NCBI GenBank assembly: GCA_963676805.2
Contig: CAXXYA010000002.1
Location: 795,001-819,000, forward strand
DNA from: an uncultured Marinobacterium sp.
Lineage (GTDB): Bacteria; Pseudomonadota; Gammaproteobacteria; Pseudomonadales; Balneatricaceae
Direction: 5' to 3'
DNA length: 24,000 nt
Shown: positions 1 through 8,156 of the stretch, one piece after another
Numbering within the stretch: the stretch's first letter is position 1
Layout: each line of letters begins with the position of its first letter
Translations under genes and position numbers: made by a program
Notes under the pieces: model-generated
What the model saw: the letters and a program-made list of their open reading frames with translations, nothing else
Told to the model about the DNA's origin: nothing
The model's database searches: none

Positions 1-538
1 CGTGCAGCAGGTCTGGGCGCTGGTTGGCGGGGCGGATTTCGCCAATGAGGTTGTCCAGTACTACCGGCATGGCTGCTGGGCTGGCGTAGTAGGTGAGCAC
101 CATGTGTGCCTGGTTCAGCTCAAGGGATTTGACATAGGCCAGACTCATTTTGTCCTCGGCTACGCCCAGAGCCTTCAGTGTGTAGTACTTGGCGATGGAG
201 AAATCCTCGCAGTCGCCGCCGTTACTGATCAGAAACTCCACCGGCGTGGCCCAGTAATCTTCCTGCCCCCAGTGAATGCGGTCATCGATGAAGCGCACCT
301 GGTTGAAAAAACGGTTAACCCTGTCGAGCTTGTCGGATTCGGGCAGGTTGGCGGCTTCCTGCAGAAGTTGCTGCCAGGCGGTCAGGCGCTTGGCAGCACC
401 ATCGCCGTACAGCTGGCGATAGTGATCGATTTGGCTGCTGTCCAGATGCAGTTGTCTGCTGTCGGTAGCCAGGGCGGCAAGACAGATCAGGGTCAGAATC
501 ATGGCCGCCGCGACGCAGAGGCCGGTGCGGTTGAGCAT
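1..538 (-). CDS. lapG: LapG-type bacterial transglutaminase-like cysteine proteinase (BTLCP), periplasmic; C-terminus cut off by the window edge
   Basis: Absent from the supplied ORF track because its stop lies outside the window. Hand translation of the reverse strand from ATG 538-536 gives MLNRTGLCVAAAMILTLICLAALA (signal-like) ... DKLDRVNRFFNQVRFIDDRIHWGQEDYWATPVEFLISNGGDCEDFSIAKYYTLKALGV ... QAHMVLTYY ... PVVLDNLIGEI. The GDCEDF Cys, then His (HMVL), then Asp (LDN) occur in the order expected for the BTLCP/LapG triad. An alternative TTG start lies at 559. The + strand ORF 2..592 is its antisense shadow. Confidence 0.7.
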   Translation of the reverse strand, partial: MLNRTGLCVAAAMILTLICLAALATDSRQLHLDSSQIDHYRQLYGDGAAKRLTAWQQLLQEAANLPESDKLDRVNRFFNQVRFIDDRIHWGQEDYWATPVEFLISNGGDCEDFSIAKYYTLKALGVAEDKMSLAYVKSLELNQAHMVLTYYASPAAMPVVLDNLIGEIRPANQRPDLLH

Positions 539-696
539 GACGGTGATGAGTGCAGACAAATCCTTTTCCACCTGGAAACTGTGCGCCCATGATGGGCGAA
601 AAGACGGGCTCCCTCAACCCTGATAAGCGGTGTTGGTTGTCAGGGCGCATCGATTCGGCCGGTGCAGTGGCCCGCTTCTTACGGTCCCTGGCAGAG

Positions 697-721
697 GACA
701 GGGTTAGGGGTGTGAATTCAT
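697..721 (+). repeat. Copy A of an imperfect ~25-nt direct repeat bracketing the MATE gene (partner at 2229..2254)
   Basis: A is GACAGGGTTAGGGGTGTGAATTCAT and B is GACAGGGTTAAGGGTGTGTGAATCAT. They share 23 matched positions, with 1 mismatch and 3 gap positions. Copy A covers the MATE stop codon (704-706). Confidence 0.4.
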
Positions 722-2095
722 CACCGAAGGCGCAACGGTATCGATCGCCCGTTGTGAAATCCGCCTCAGCCGTGTGGTCAGCAACACAGCGCCGACGCTC
801 AGGGCGATCAGCAGTCCATACCAGAGTCCGGCAGCGATCAGAGGCTGCACGATCCAGTCGGTGAAGCCGAGAATGTAGCCGACCGGCAGACCGGCCAGCC
901 AGTAGGCGATGAATACCATCATCAGCGGGATGGTCGTGTCCTTGTAGCCCCGCAGGGCTCCGGCTGCACTGACTTGCAGGGCGTCGGAAAACTGGAAGAC
1001 GGCGGCGATGCTGATCAGCGTTGTGGCCAGTGTCACAATCTCCTCCTCTGTCGTGTAGAGCCCGGTTATCTGTCGGGCCAGCAGCAGTGACAGGATTGAA
1101 CTGAACAGGGCGATGACCAGGGTGATCATGATGCCGGTACTGGCTGCATAGCGAGCGGCTTCAGGCTGTCCGCCGCCGAGCAACTGTCCCACTCTGATGG
1201 TGAGCGCCATGGCGATGCTCAGCGGCACCATGAAGACCATGCCGGTATAGCTGATGGTGATCTGGTTGGCGGCAATCACGACTTCACCTTCTGGTGCCAG
1301 AAGCAGGGCGAGTACACAGAACATGCTGGCTTCGATCAATAGCGAGAAGCCGATCGGTATGCCCAGTTTCAACAGCTGCAGAAGCTGTTCCAGTTGCGGG
1401 GGCTGCCATTCGCTGAACAGTCGCAATGGCTTGAAACGCGGGCTCTTGAGCAGGTAGAGGCCGCCAGCAAGCAGCATGATCCACATCACCGCAGCGGTCG
1501 CATAACCACAGCCGACACCGCCGAGTGCAGGCAGGCCAAACTTGCCGAAGATGAGCACATAGTTGAGCGGGATGTTGCAGGCGACGCCCAGTATGGCGAT
1601 GCGCATCACCGGGTGGGTCTTGCCAAAGCCTTCGCAGTAGCTGCGGATCACCTGGAAGCATAGAAAGGCCGGGAACCCCCAGCTGATGGCGTCCAGGTAG
1701 TCCTGGGTTTTGGCATGCAAGTCAGGCTTGAGTTGCAGCAGGTTCAAGGCCGGGTCGGCGTTGCGCAGCAGAAAAACGCCGATCAGACCAAGGGCGGCGG
1801 CTACCCAGAAGGCTTGCTGCAGCGGCAGACGAGAATCACGCTCCCTGTTGCCTCCAATCAGGTGTGCAACCACCGGTGTCGTGGCCATGAGGATGCCAGC
1901 GAGGGCGAGAAACAGTGGCAGCCAGAGACTGCTGCCCAGTGCGATGGCGGCCAGATCCTCGGTGCCGGCACGAGCGGCCATCAGGGTGTCGACAAAGCCC
2001 ATCGCATTCTGGGCCAGTTGTGCCACCATGATGGGCCAGCCCAGGTGAAGCAAATAACGGACTTCTGCGTTGCGTTTCTGACTTAAACTGAACAC
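704..2095 (-). CDS. MATE-family multidrug/sodium efflux transporter (NorM/MdtK-like)
   Basis: Long polytopic hydrophobic protein. The N-terminal region RYLLHLGWPIMVAQLAQNAMGFVDTLMAARAG resembles the NorM/MdtK N-terminus (..[23 protein letters not shown]). Size fits a roughly 460-aa MATE protein. The track ORF (to 2254) carries a non-hydrophobic ~50-aa extension. I place the start at GTG 2095 (VFSLSQKRNAEVRYLL..) by alignment logic; ATG 2200 or 2254 cannot be excluded and none has a strong SD. Confidence 0.85.
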   Translation of the reverse strand: MFSLSQKRNAEVRYLLHLGWPIMVAQLAQNAMGFVDTLMAARAGTEDLAAIALGSSLWLPLFLALAGILMATTPVVAHLIGGNRERDSRLPLQQAFWVAAALGLIGVFLLRNADPALNLLQLKPDLHAKTQDYLDAISWGFPAFLCFQVIRSYCEGFGKTHPVMRIAILGVACNIPLNYVLIFGKFGLPALGGVGCGYATAAVMWIMLLAGGLYLLKSPRFKPLRLFSEWQPPQLEQLLQLLKLGIPIGFSLLIEASMFCVLALLLAPEGEVVIAANQITISYTGMVFMVPLSIAMALTIRVGQLLGGGQPEAARYAASTGIMITLVIALFSSILSLLLARQITGLYTTEEEIVTLATTLISIAAVFQFSDALQVSAAGALRGYKDTTIPLMMVFIAYWLAGLPVGYILGFTDWIVQPLIAAGLWYGLLIALSVGAVLLTTRLRRISQRAIDTVAPSVMNSHP

Positions 2096-2228
2096 GGCGG
2101 GTTGTAGTACTCTGAAAGGCGATGCGGGTGGCGGGGAGAAAGCCTGCGGGTTCCCTGCATTGGCGATGATGTTGGTTCTCTCCTTGATTGTGCCAAGCAT
2201 AAGCTTGAGCGGCAGGGAGTGCAATGCT

Positions 2229-2254
2229 GACAGGGTTAAGGGTGTGTGAATCAT
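2229..2254 (+). repeat. Copy B of the imperfect direct repeat bracketing the MATE gene
   Basis: See copy A. Copy B lies in the MATE/gabD divergent intergenic region and ends 3 nt before the gabD SD. Confidence 0.4.
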
Positions 2255-2270
2255 GTTGGAGGTAAGCGAG

Positions 2271-3722
2271 ATGAAGCTGAAGGATTCCCGTCTGCTGCGT
2301 CAGCAGGCGTACGTGGATGGCCGATGGACGGATGCGATCAGTGGTGAGACCTTCGCGGTTCACAACCCCGCAACCGGTGAGGAGATCGTCCAGGTGCCCT
2401 GGATGGCGGAGGTGGACACCGAGCGTGCGGTTGCGGCGGCGGAAGGCGCTTTCCGCCTGTGGCGCAAGACCACGGCCAAGGAGCGAGCGGCGATTCTGCG
2501 TCGCTGGTATGAACTGATGCTTGATAATGTCGATGACCTGGCGCTGCTGATGACCCTTGAACAGGGCAAGCCGCTGGCGGAAGCCAAGGGCGAGGTGGCT
2601 TACGCGGCCAGTTTCATCGAATGGTTCGCCGAAGAGGGCAAGCGAGCTTATGGGGAGCTGGTGCCGAGCCACAAGGCTGATGCGCGCATTCTGGTGAGCC
2701 GGGAGCCGGTCGGTGTGGTCGCGGCTATCACGCCCTGGAATTTCCCGTCTGCCATGATCACTCGAAAGGCGGCACCCGCGTTGGCCGCCGGTTGTACTTT
2801 TATCTGCAAGCCGGCCGAAGACACGCCGCTGTCGGCGCTGGCGTTGGCCGAACTGGCCGAGCGCGCCGGGGTGCCTGCAGGTGTCTTCAATATCATTACC
2901 GGCAACCCCAGGGTGCTGGGCTCGGTGCTGACCGGCAGCGGCAGGGTGCGCAAGCTCTCCTTTACCGGTTCCACAGGGGTCGGCAAGCTGCTGATGGCTC
3001 AGTGCGCCGAAACGGTTAAGCGGGTGTCATTGGAGCTGGGAGGCAATGCACCGTTCATCGTATTCGATGATGCCGATCTTGAGCGGGCGCTTGATGGTGC
3101 CATGGCATCCAAGTACCGCAATGCCGGGCAAACCTGTGTCTGTACCAATCGCTTTCTGGTGCAGGCGGGAATTTATGATCGCTTTGTCGAGGGGCTCGCC
3201 GAGCGGACGGCGCAGCTTAAGGTGGGGGTCGGTGTTGAGCCGGGTGTACAGCAGGGGCCGCTGATCAATCAGGCCGCCGTCGACAAGATTCAGGCACATA
3301 TTGATGATGCGGTCGCGGGTGGTGCCGAAGTGGTGTGTGGCGGCAAGCCGCATGCACTGGGCCGTACCTGGTTTGAGCCGACTGTGCTGAAGAACGTAAC
3401 CCCGGATATGTGTGTAGCACGAGAGGAAACCTTCGGCCCGCTGGCGCCGGTGTTCAGGTTCAAGGACGAGGCGGAGGCGATCGAGATGGCCAATGCGACC
3501 GAGTATGGCCTGGCGGCCTACTTCTACAGCCGAGACCTGGGGCGTTGCTGGCGGGTAGCCGAAGGGCTGGAGTATGGCATGGTGGGTATCAATGAAGGCG
3601 TGATTTCGACCGAGCTCGCTCCCTTTGGCGGCATCAAGGCATCGGGGCTGGGGCGTGAAGGGGCGCGCCAGGGGCTGGAGGAATATCTGGAATGCAAATA
3701 CATGCTGATGGGTGGACTCTGA
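2271..3722 (+). CDS. gabD: NADP+-dependent succinate-semialdehyde dehydrogenase
   Basis: Essentially collinear with E. coli GabD as I recall it: MKLxDSxLxRQQA start, LMTLEQGKPLAEAKGE, YAASFIEWFAEEGKR, AAITPWNFPSAMITRKAAPALAAGC, VSLELGGNAPFIVFDDADL, RNAGQTCVC (catalytic Cys), EETFGPLAP, FGGIKASGLGREG. GGAGG at 2258-2262 lies 8 nt before ATG 2271, so the track start at 2253 is probably 6 codons too long. Confidence 0.93.
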   Translation: MKLKDSRLLRQQAYVDGRWTDAISGETFAVHNPATGEEIVQVPWMAEVDTERAVAAAEGAFRLWRKTTAKERAAILRRWYELMLDNVDDLALLMTLEQGKPLAEAKGEVAYAASFIEWFAEEGKRAYGELVPSHKADARILVSREPVGVVAAITPWNFPSAMITRKAAPALAAGCTFICKPAEDTPLSALALAELAERAGVPAGVFNIITGNPRVLGSVLTGSGRVRKLSFTGSTGVGKLLMAQCAETVKRVSLELGGNAPFIVFDDADLERALDGAMASKYRNAGQTCVCTNRFLVQAGIYDRFVEGLAERTAQLKVGVGVEPGVQQGPLINQAAVDKIQAHIDDAVAGGAEVVCGGKPHALGRTWFEPTVLKNVTPDMCVAREETFGPLAPVFRFKDEAEAIEMANATEYGLAAYFYSRDLGRCWRVAEGLEYGMVGINEGVISTELAPFGGIKASGLGREGARQGLEEYLECKYMLMGGL

Positions 3723-3738
3723 GCCATCAGCAGATGTG

Positions 3739-3763
3739 AAAACGGGGCCAGAGGCCCCGTTTT
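3739..3763. terminator. Bidirectional rho-independent terminator shared by convergent gabD and phaC
   Basis: AAAACGGGGCC-aga-GGCCCCGTTTT is a perfect 11-bp stem (GC-rich core) with a 3-nt loop. An A-run lies on the left and a T-run on the right, so it reads as hairpin plus U-tract on both strands. It sits 17 nt after the gabD stop and 15 nt after the phaC stop. Confidence 0.85.
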
Positions 3764-3777
3764 GATTGGGTGCAGGG

Positions 3778-5556
3778 TCAGTCGAGGCGGTTGCGCACGT
3801 AACTGCCCGGCGCGGCTTCAATAACCTTGTAACGATCGTTGCCATATGCGGTCGGAGCGTCCACCTTCTTGCCGGCACGACGACGCAGCCACTCGCTCCA
3901 GTGGTTCCACCAGGAGCCCTCCTGACGCTCGGCGGACTCCAGCCAGGCGTCGGGGTCGGTGCCCAGTTCGCCCTTGATCCAGTAGTTGCGGCGGTTTTTC
4001 TTTGCCGGGTTGATCACTCCGGCAACATGGCCGCTGGCGCCCAGTACGAACTCTACGGTGCCGCCGAAAAGATCCAGCGCCTTGAAGGTGCCTTTCCACG
4101 GTGCGATGTGATCTTCCATGGTGGACAGGAAGTAGCAGGGCGTCTTGATGCGCCGCAGGTCGATCGGTTCACCGCAGATGGTCAGGGCATCAGGTTCTAC
4201 CAGTTTGTTTTCCAGATACATGCGGTTGATGTAGTAGGTGTACATATCAGCCGGCAGGTTGGTCGGGTCGCTGTTCCAGTACAGGATGTCGAATGGCGGG
4301 GGGGTCTGCCCCTTGAGGTAGTTGTTGACTACATAGGACCAGATCAGGTCGTTCGAACGCAGCATGTTGAACGAGGTGGCCAGTTCGCGCCCGTGGAGAA
4401 TGCCCTCGTTGTTGACCTTGCTCTCCAGATGCTTGACCTGGTACTGGTCGATGTAGACACAGAGATCACCTGGATCGCTGAAATCGATCAGTGTGGTCAG
4501 GAAGGTGCAGCTGCCGACGGAGTTGTCCTTGCGGTTGGCCAGCACGGCCAATGCAGAAGCGGTCAGGGTGCCGCCAACGCACCAGGATACCAGGTTCAGC
4601 TTCTCCTGCTGGCTGATTTCCCGGGTTACCTCGATCGCCTTGAGTACGCCTTCACCCACGTAATCATCCCAGCTCAGATCACGCTGTTCCGGCGAGGGGT
4701 TGGTCCAGGAGATCAGGTAGACGTCCTGGCCCTGTTCCAGACAGTAGCGGACAAAGGAGTTGTCCGGCTGCAGGTCAAGAATATAGAACTTGTTGATGCT
4801 GGGCGGCACGATCAGCGTCGGGCGCTCATAGGTCTGTTCGGTCAGCGGCTTGTAGTGGATCAACTGGAAAATATGGTTCTGGAAAACAACTGCGCCTTCG
4901 GTAGTGGCCAGATTGGTGCCGAGTTCAAACGCATCTTCATCGGTCATCGAGATGCGGCCCTTGTCGATATCGCCGAGCAGGTTCTTGAGACCATCCACCA
5001 GGCTGGCGCCCTTGGTCTCCAGAGCCTGTTGCAGTACCTCGGGGTTGGTGACGGCAAAGTTGGTCGGTGACAGGGCATCCACATATTGCCGGGTATAGAA
5101 TTCCAGCTTCTGCTGCTCCTGCTGCGACAGCTTGGCGTTCTGGGCCATCTCTATCAGCATGCGAGAGGTCAGCAGGTAGGACTGTTTGATGTAGTCGAAG
5201 ACCGGATTCTTGGACCATTCTTCGGACTTGAAGCGGCGGTCGCCAGGAGGGGGTTCTGCAACCGGATTTTCACTGGTGTTGCCGCTGAGCAGGTTGCGCC
5301 ACAGGTTGAACTGAGCCTGTTGGTAATCGGCAATGGCGCGAACCCATACGGTCGGGTCTTCAAGCGATCGGGTGGCCAGTTCGGTCCATGACTGGGTGAA
5401 CTGGCGCAGGATGTCATCTCCCCCGGTGGCGGAGAACATCTCGAGAACCTTGCTGGTTTCACTATTGACGTAGTTGATGAATTCCTGGGGATCTGTTGCG
5501 ATGTTGCCGTTTGTATCCGTCATAAATGCCTGCTTCCAATCTGCTGTTTGGGACAT
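3778..5556 (-). CDS. phaC: Class I poly(3-hydroxyalkanoate) synthase
   Basis: 592 aa, the length typical of class I PhaC. N-terminal PhaC-type motif DRRFKSEEWSKNPVFDYIKQSYLL. Alpha/beta-hydrolase core with a lipase-box-like pentapeptide S-W-C-V-G (codons 4587..4573, Cys326). Conserved downstream features include ..YILDL..NS.., ..WNSD.T..P and GH..G near the C-terminus. ATG 5523 (Met12) is an alternative start. Confidence 0.9.
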   Translation of the reverse strand: MSQTADWKQAFMTDTNGNIATDPQEFINYVNSETSKVLEMFSATGGDDILRQFTQSWTELATRSLEDPTVWVRAIADYQQAQFNLWRNLLSGNTSENPVAEPPPGDRRFKSEEWSKNPVFDYIKQSYLLTSRMLIEMAQNAKLSQQEQQKLEFYTRQYVDALSPTNFAVTNPEVLQQALETKGASLVDGLKNLLGDIDKGRISMTDEDAFELGTNLATTEGAVVFQNHIFQLIHYKPLTEQTYERPTLIVPPSINKFYILDLQPDNSFVRYCLEQGQDVYLISWTNPSPEQRDLSWDDYVGEGVLKAIEVTREISQQEKLNLVSWCVGGTLTASALAVLANRKDNSVGSCTFLTTLIDFSDPGDLCVYIDQYQVKHLESKVNNEGILHGRELATSFNMLRSNDLIWSYVVNNYLKGQTPPPFDILYWNSDPTNLPADMYTYYINRMYLENKLVEPDALTICGEPIDLRRIKTPCYFLSTMEDHIAPWKGTFKALDLFGGTVEFVLGASGHVAGVINPAKKNRRNYWIKGELGTDPDAWLESAERQEGSWWNHWSEWLRRRAGKKVDAPTAYGNDRYKVIEAAPGSYVRNRLD

Positions 5557-5820
5557 CGGTACCAGCTACTGCACGGCTGCCGGTTGCTACGGGCTGATGC
5601 TCCTGCTGGCCTCTTGGGCCTGTCGTTGTATCTCTCTGTTGAGCATAGACGTGGGGCGCCGTCCGTGGCAAGCCATCTAAGGTCTTAGCCGGGTCAGGGG
5701 CGAATATCGGAGGCTAACTCGGGTATGTTGCAACTTTGTTGTGGGGCGGCCGCGTGGGGATTTTGCATTGCTCGCTGCGGGGGGATCAAGGACAATGCCG
5801 GGCAGTTTTAAGGAGACTGT

Positions 5821-6072
5821 ATGTTGTATCTGGATTTAATGACGACCGAGGGCTGCCATCTGTGCGATGAGGCTGTGGCGGTACTGCAGCAGGTGCTGGT
5901 TGCTGGACAGGCTGAAATTGACCTGGTGGATATCGTGTTCGATCCCGAGTTGATGCAGCGCTATGCCGTGCGGATACCGGTACTGGTTGACCGCTCGACC
6001 GGTCAGGAGCTTGGCTGGCCCTTCAATGCCCAGCAGCTGCGGCAGTTTTTGCAGGCACTGCCGCAGTGCTGA
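5821..6072 (+). CDS. Small glutaredoxin-like / thioredoxin-fold protein (DUF836-type) with a CxxC motif
   Basis: 83 aa with an N-terminal beta-strand followed by CHLC (LMTTEGCHLCDEA), then ..RIPVL.. (cis-Pro region), as in glutaredoxin-2/DUF836 family proteins. Strong SD AAGGAG at 5810-5815, 5 nt before the ATG. Confidence 0.75.
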   Translation: MLYLDLMTTEGCHLCDEAVAVLQQVLVAGQAEIDLVDIVFDPELMQRYAVRIPVLVDRSTGQELGWPFNAQQLRQFLQALPQC

Positions 6073-6077
6073 GGGCA

Positions 6078-8021
6078 TCAACCCTGCTGATTCAATGCCA
6101 GGGTGGCAAACTCCTGGTCGCTGAACAGGGCGACGGGGCGCTCGGACAGGCGTTCGTAAATAACCCGAAATGAAAGCACGTTTTGCACGTAGCTGCGTGT
6201 TTCATCATAGGGGATGGTTTCGATCCAGATATCCAGTGGCAGTGCGCCACGGGCATCCAGCCAGCGGCTGACCCTGTGGGGGCCTGCGTTGTAGGCGGCA
6301 GTGGCATAGGCCTGGTTGCCGTTGAACCGTTCCGATACCTCGCTCAGGTATGCCGTGCCGAGCTGGATATTGGTATCGGGCTCGCTCAATTTGGACAGTG
6401 CGGGCAGGTTGATGCCATGACGGCGAGCCGTGGCACGGGCCGTAGCCGGCATCAGTTGCATCAGGCCGCGCGCCCCGACACGGGACTTGGCTCCCATCCA
6501 GAAAGCGCTTTCCTGACGGGTGACGGCGAGCGCCCAGGCAGGATCGATATTGCGCGCAACGGCGTGGCGGCTGTACAGCTCCGGGTAGGGGTTGGGGAAT
6601 CGCAACTGCATGTCATCCCACTGGCGGCTGCTGATGGCTCCGCGTATGCCCTGGTGATGCCAGCCCCAGCGGCTGACCAGGTGCGCGGCGTGATGAATCT
6701 GCTCTGTGCTCATGTCTGCGGTTGCCAGATTCCATTCCGAGCGGGCATCGGTATAGCGCTCCAGTGCCAGCAGCTCGCGGATGCGAGTAAACGCAGGCAG
6801 GGCTGCCAGGGCATCAAGTTGTGCGTTGTCGAGGCTGGCGGGCTGGTTGTTCAGCTCATAGGTGCGTCCCAGTATCTGGGCGGCCATGAATCCGTAAAAG
6901 CTGCGTTCCTGGGCAAGTGAAGCCAGTGTTTCCCGGTCCTGCTGGCCCTGGCCCTGCTTGGCAATGGCTGACCAGTAGCGCCAACGATCGGATTGGCGTT
7001 CGTCATCGGGGAGCTTTTCAATCAGCTTTAATACCTCAGGCCAGTTACGCTCACTGAGCGCCAGTCGTGCACGCCAGCCGGTCAGCTCGCCGTTGCGAAA
7101 GTTCGGGTCAAGTTGTGCCAGCAGTGCTCGACCCTTGGTATCCGGGAAGCGCTTGGAATACCAGACGCCCAGATATTCAGTCAGCTCATCCTGATCCTCT
7201 GCTGCTATCCCAAGGCGGGTACGGTCGCGTATCCAGAGCCGGATTGCGGCCTCCAGGTCCTGGCGGGCCAGGCGACGTACGGTCATCTCCAGCAGGTCGC
7301 TGGCACCTGGAGCCCGGGAGCTCAGGCGTGCCGGGTCGTCAAGCAGCTGTTGCGGATTCTGATACAGCGACAGGGCGCGTTTGGCTTCTGCCTGGTGGGC
7401 AGGATCGGTGATAAACCGCTTCACATAGGCAGACAGGCCTTCGCGTCCCTTGATCAGTGCGGCCCGGTAGCGGTTAAGTGCATCGGCCGAGCGGAAGTCG
7501 TCAGACTTCAGCCAGGTATCGAAAAGGGGGTCGCAGATGTCGGGCTGGGAGTGGCCAACGGTCCAAAGCTGGCGAGCCTGGCCCCAGGCCTCGGCAAGGT
7601 TGCCCTGCTCAAGCTGGTATTGTCCATTCAGGCACTTGAGCTGGGTGTTGGGTCGCTGAATCTTCTGCCAGGCGCTGTTGAAACTGTCCCACTGGCCCTG
7701 TTCTCCGGTATGGCGTGCCCAAGCGAACAGCAGGCGCCCGTACAGTGGTGTGGACTGGTTGCGCTCAAGGAAATCGTTGATGCGTGCCTCGGACTGGCTC
7801 TCCAGTGAAGACTGGAGTACCCGGTATTCCAGATAGGGATAGAGCGGGTAGGCAGAAAGGGCCTGATGGATAGCATCACTGAGAATGCCGGGCTCATCGA
7901 CGGCAGCGGAGTAGTGCTGAACAAAGGCCTGGCGCAGGTCGGGCTGCGCGGCAGAGGGGGCGGCCTGGATTGAGGTGGTGACCAGGGCTCCGATCAGAAG
8001 TGTGCGGCTCGGCGTAAACAT
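6078..8021 (-). CDS. slt: Soluble lytic murein transglycosylase (Slt70 family)
   Basis: About 647 aa with a signal peptide (MFTPSRTLLIGALVTTSIQAAPSAA), a long superhelical N-terminal region, and a C-terminal SLT domain with the catalytic motif TRQESAF...GARGLMQLMPATA...AYNAGP. Start moved from 8051 to ATG 8021 because GAGAGGA lies 5 nt upstream and the signal peptide begins there. Confidence 0.9.
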   Translation of the reverse strand: MFTPSRTLLIGALVTTSIQAAPSAAQPDLRQAFVQHYSAAVDEPGILSDAIHQALSAYPLYPYLEYRVLQSSLESQSEARINDFLERNQSTPLYGRLLFAWARHTGEQGQWDSFNSAWQKIQRPNTQLKCLNGQYQLEQGNLAEAWGQARQLWTVGHSQPDICDPLFDTWLKSDDFRSADALNRYRAALIKGREGLSAYVKRFITDPAHQAEAKRALSLYQNPQQLLDDPARLSSRAPGASDLLEMTVRRLARQDLEAAIRLWIRDRTRLGIAAEDQDELTEYLGVWYSKRFPDTKGRALLAQLDPNFRNGELTGWRARLALSERNWPEVLKLIEKLPDDERQSDRWRYWSAIAKQGQGQQDRETLASLAQERSFYGFMAAQILGRTYELNNQPASLDNAQLDALAALPAFTRIRELLALERYTDARSEWNLATADMSTEQIHHAAHLVSRWGWHHQGIRGAISSRQWDDMQLRFPNPYPELYSRHAVARNIDPAWALAVTRQESAFWMGAKSRVGARGLMQLMPATARATARRHGINLPALSKLSEPDTNIQLGTAYLSEVSERFNGNQAYATAAYNAGPHRVSRWLDARGALPLDIWIETIPYDETRSYVQNVLSFRVIYERLSERPVALFSDQEFATLALNQQG

Positions 8022-8156
8022 GAGGTCCTCTCTGGTTGCCTGGGGGAGCATATCTGGCAGTTTATCTCGACTTGGGTGTGAAGATAACCGTGAACACTGC
8101 TTTTAAATGTTATTCGCGATTTCAGGTACACTAGTCACTGATTTTTACAGGACAGG

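Noticed and set aside
2-592. A 196-aa plus-strand ORF at the left edge
   Set aside because: The reverse strand of the same interval encodes a recognisable LapG/BTLCP protease with a signal peptide and the GDCEDF motif, so the plus-strand ORF is its antisense shadow.
3766-5070. A 434-aa plus-strand ORF opposite phaC
   Set aside because: It is an antisense shadow ORF. The minus strand encodes a full-length, motif-complete PhaC, and the plus-strand product is a low-complexity V/G/A/Q-rich sequence with no recognisable domain.
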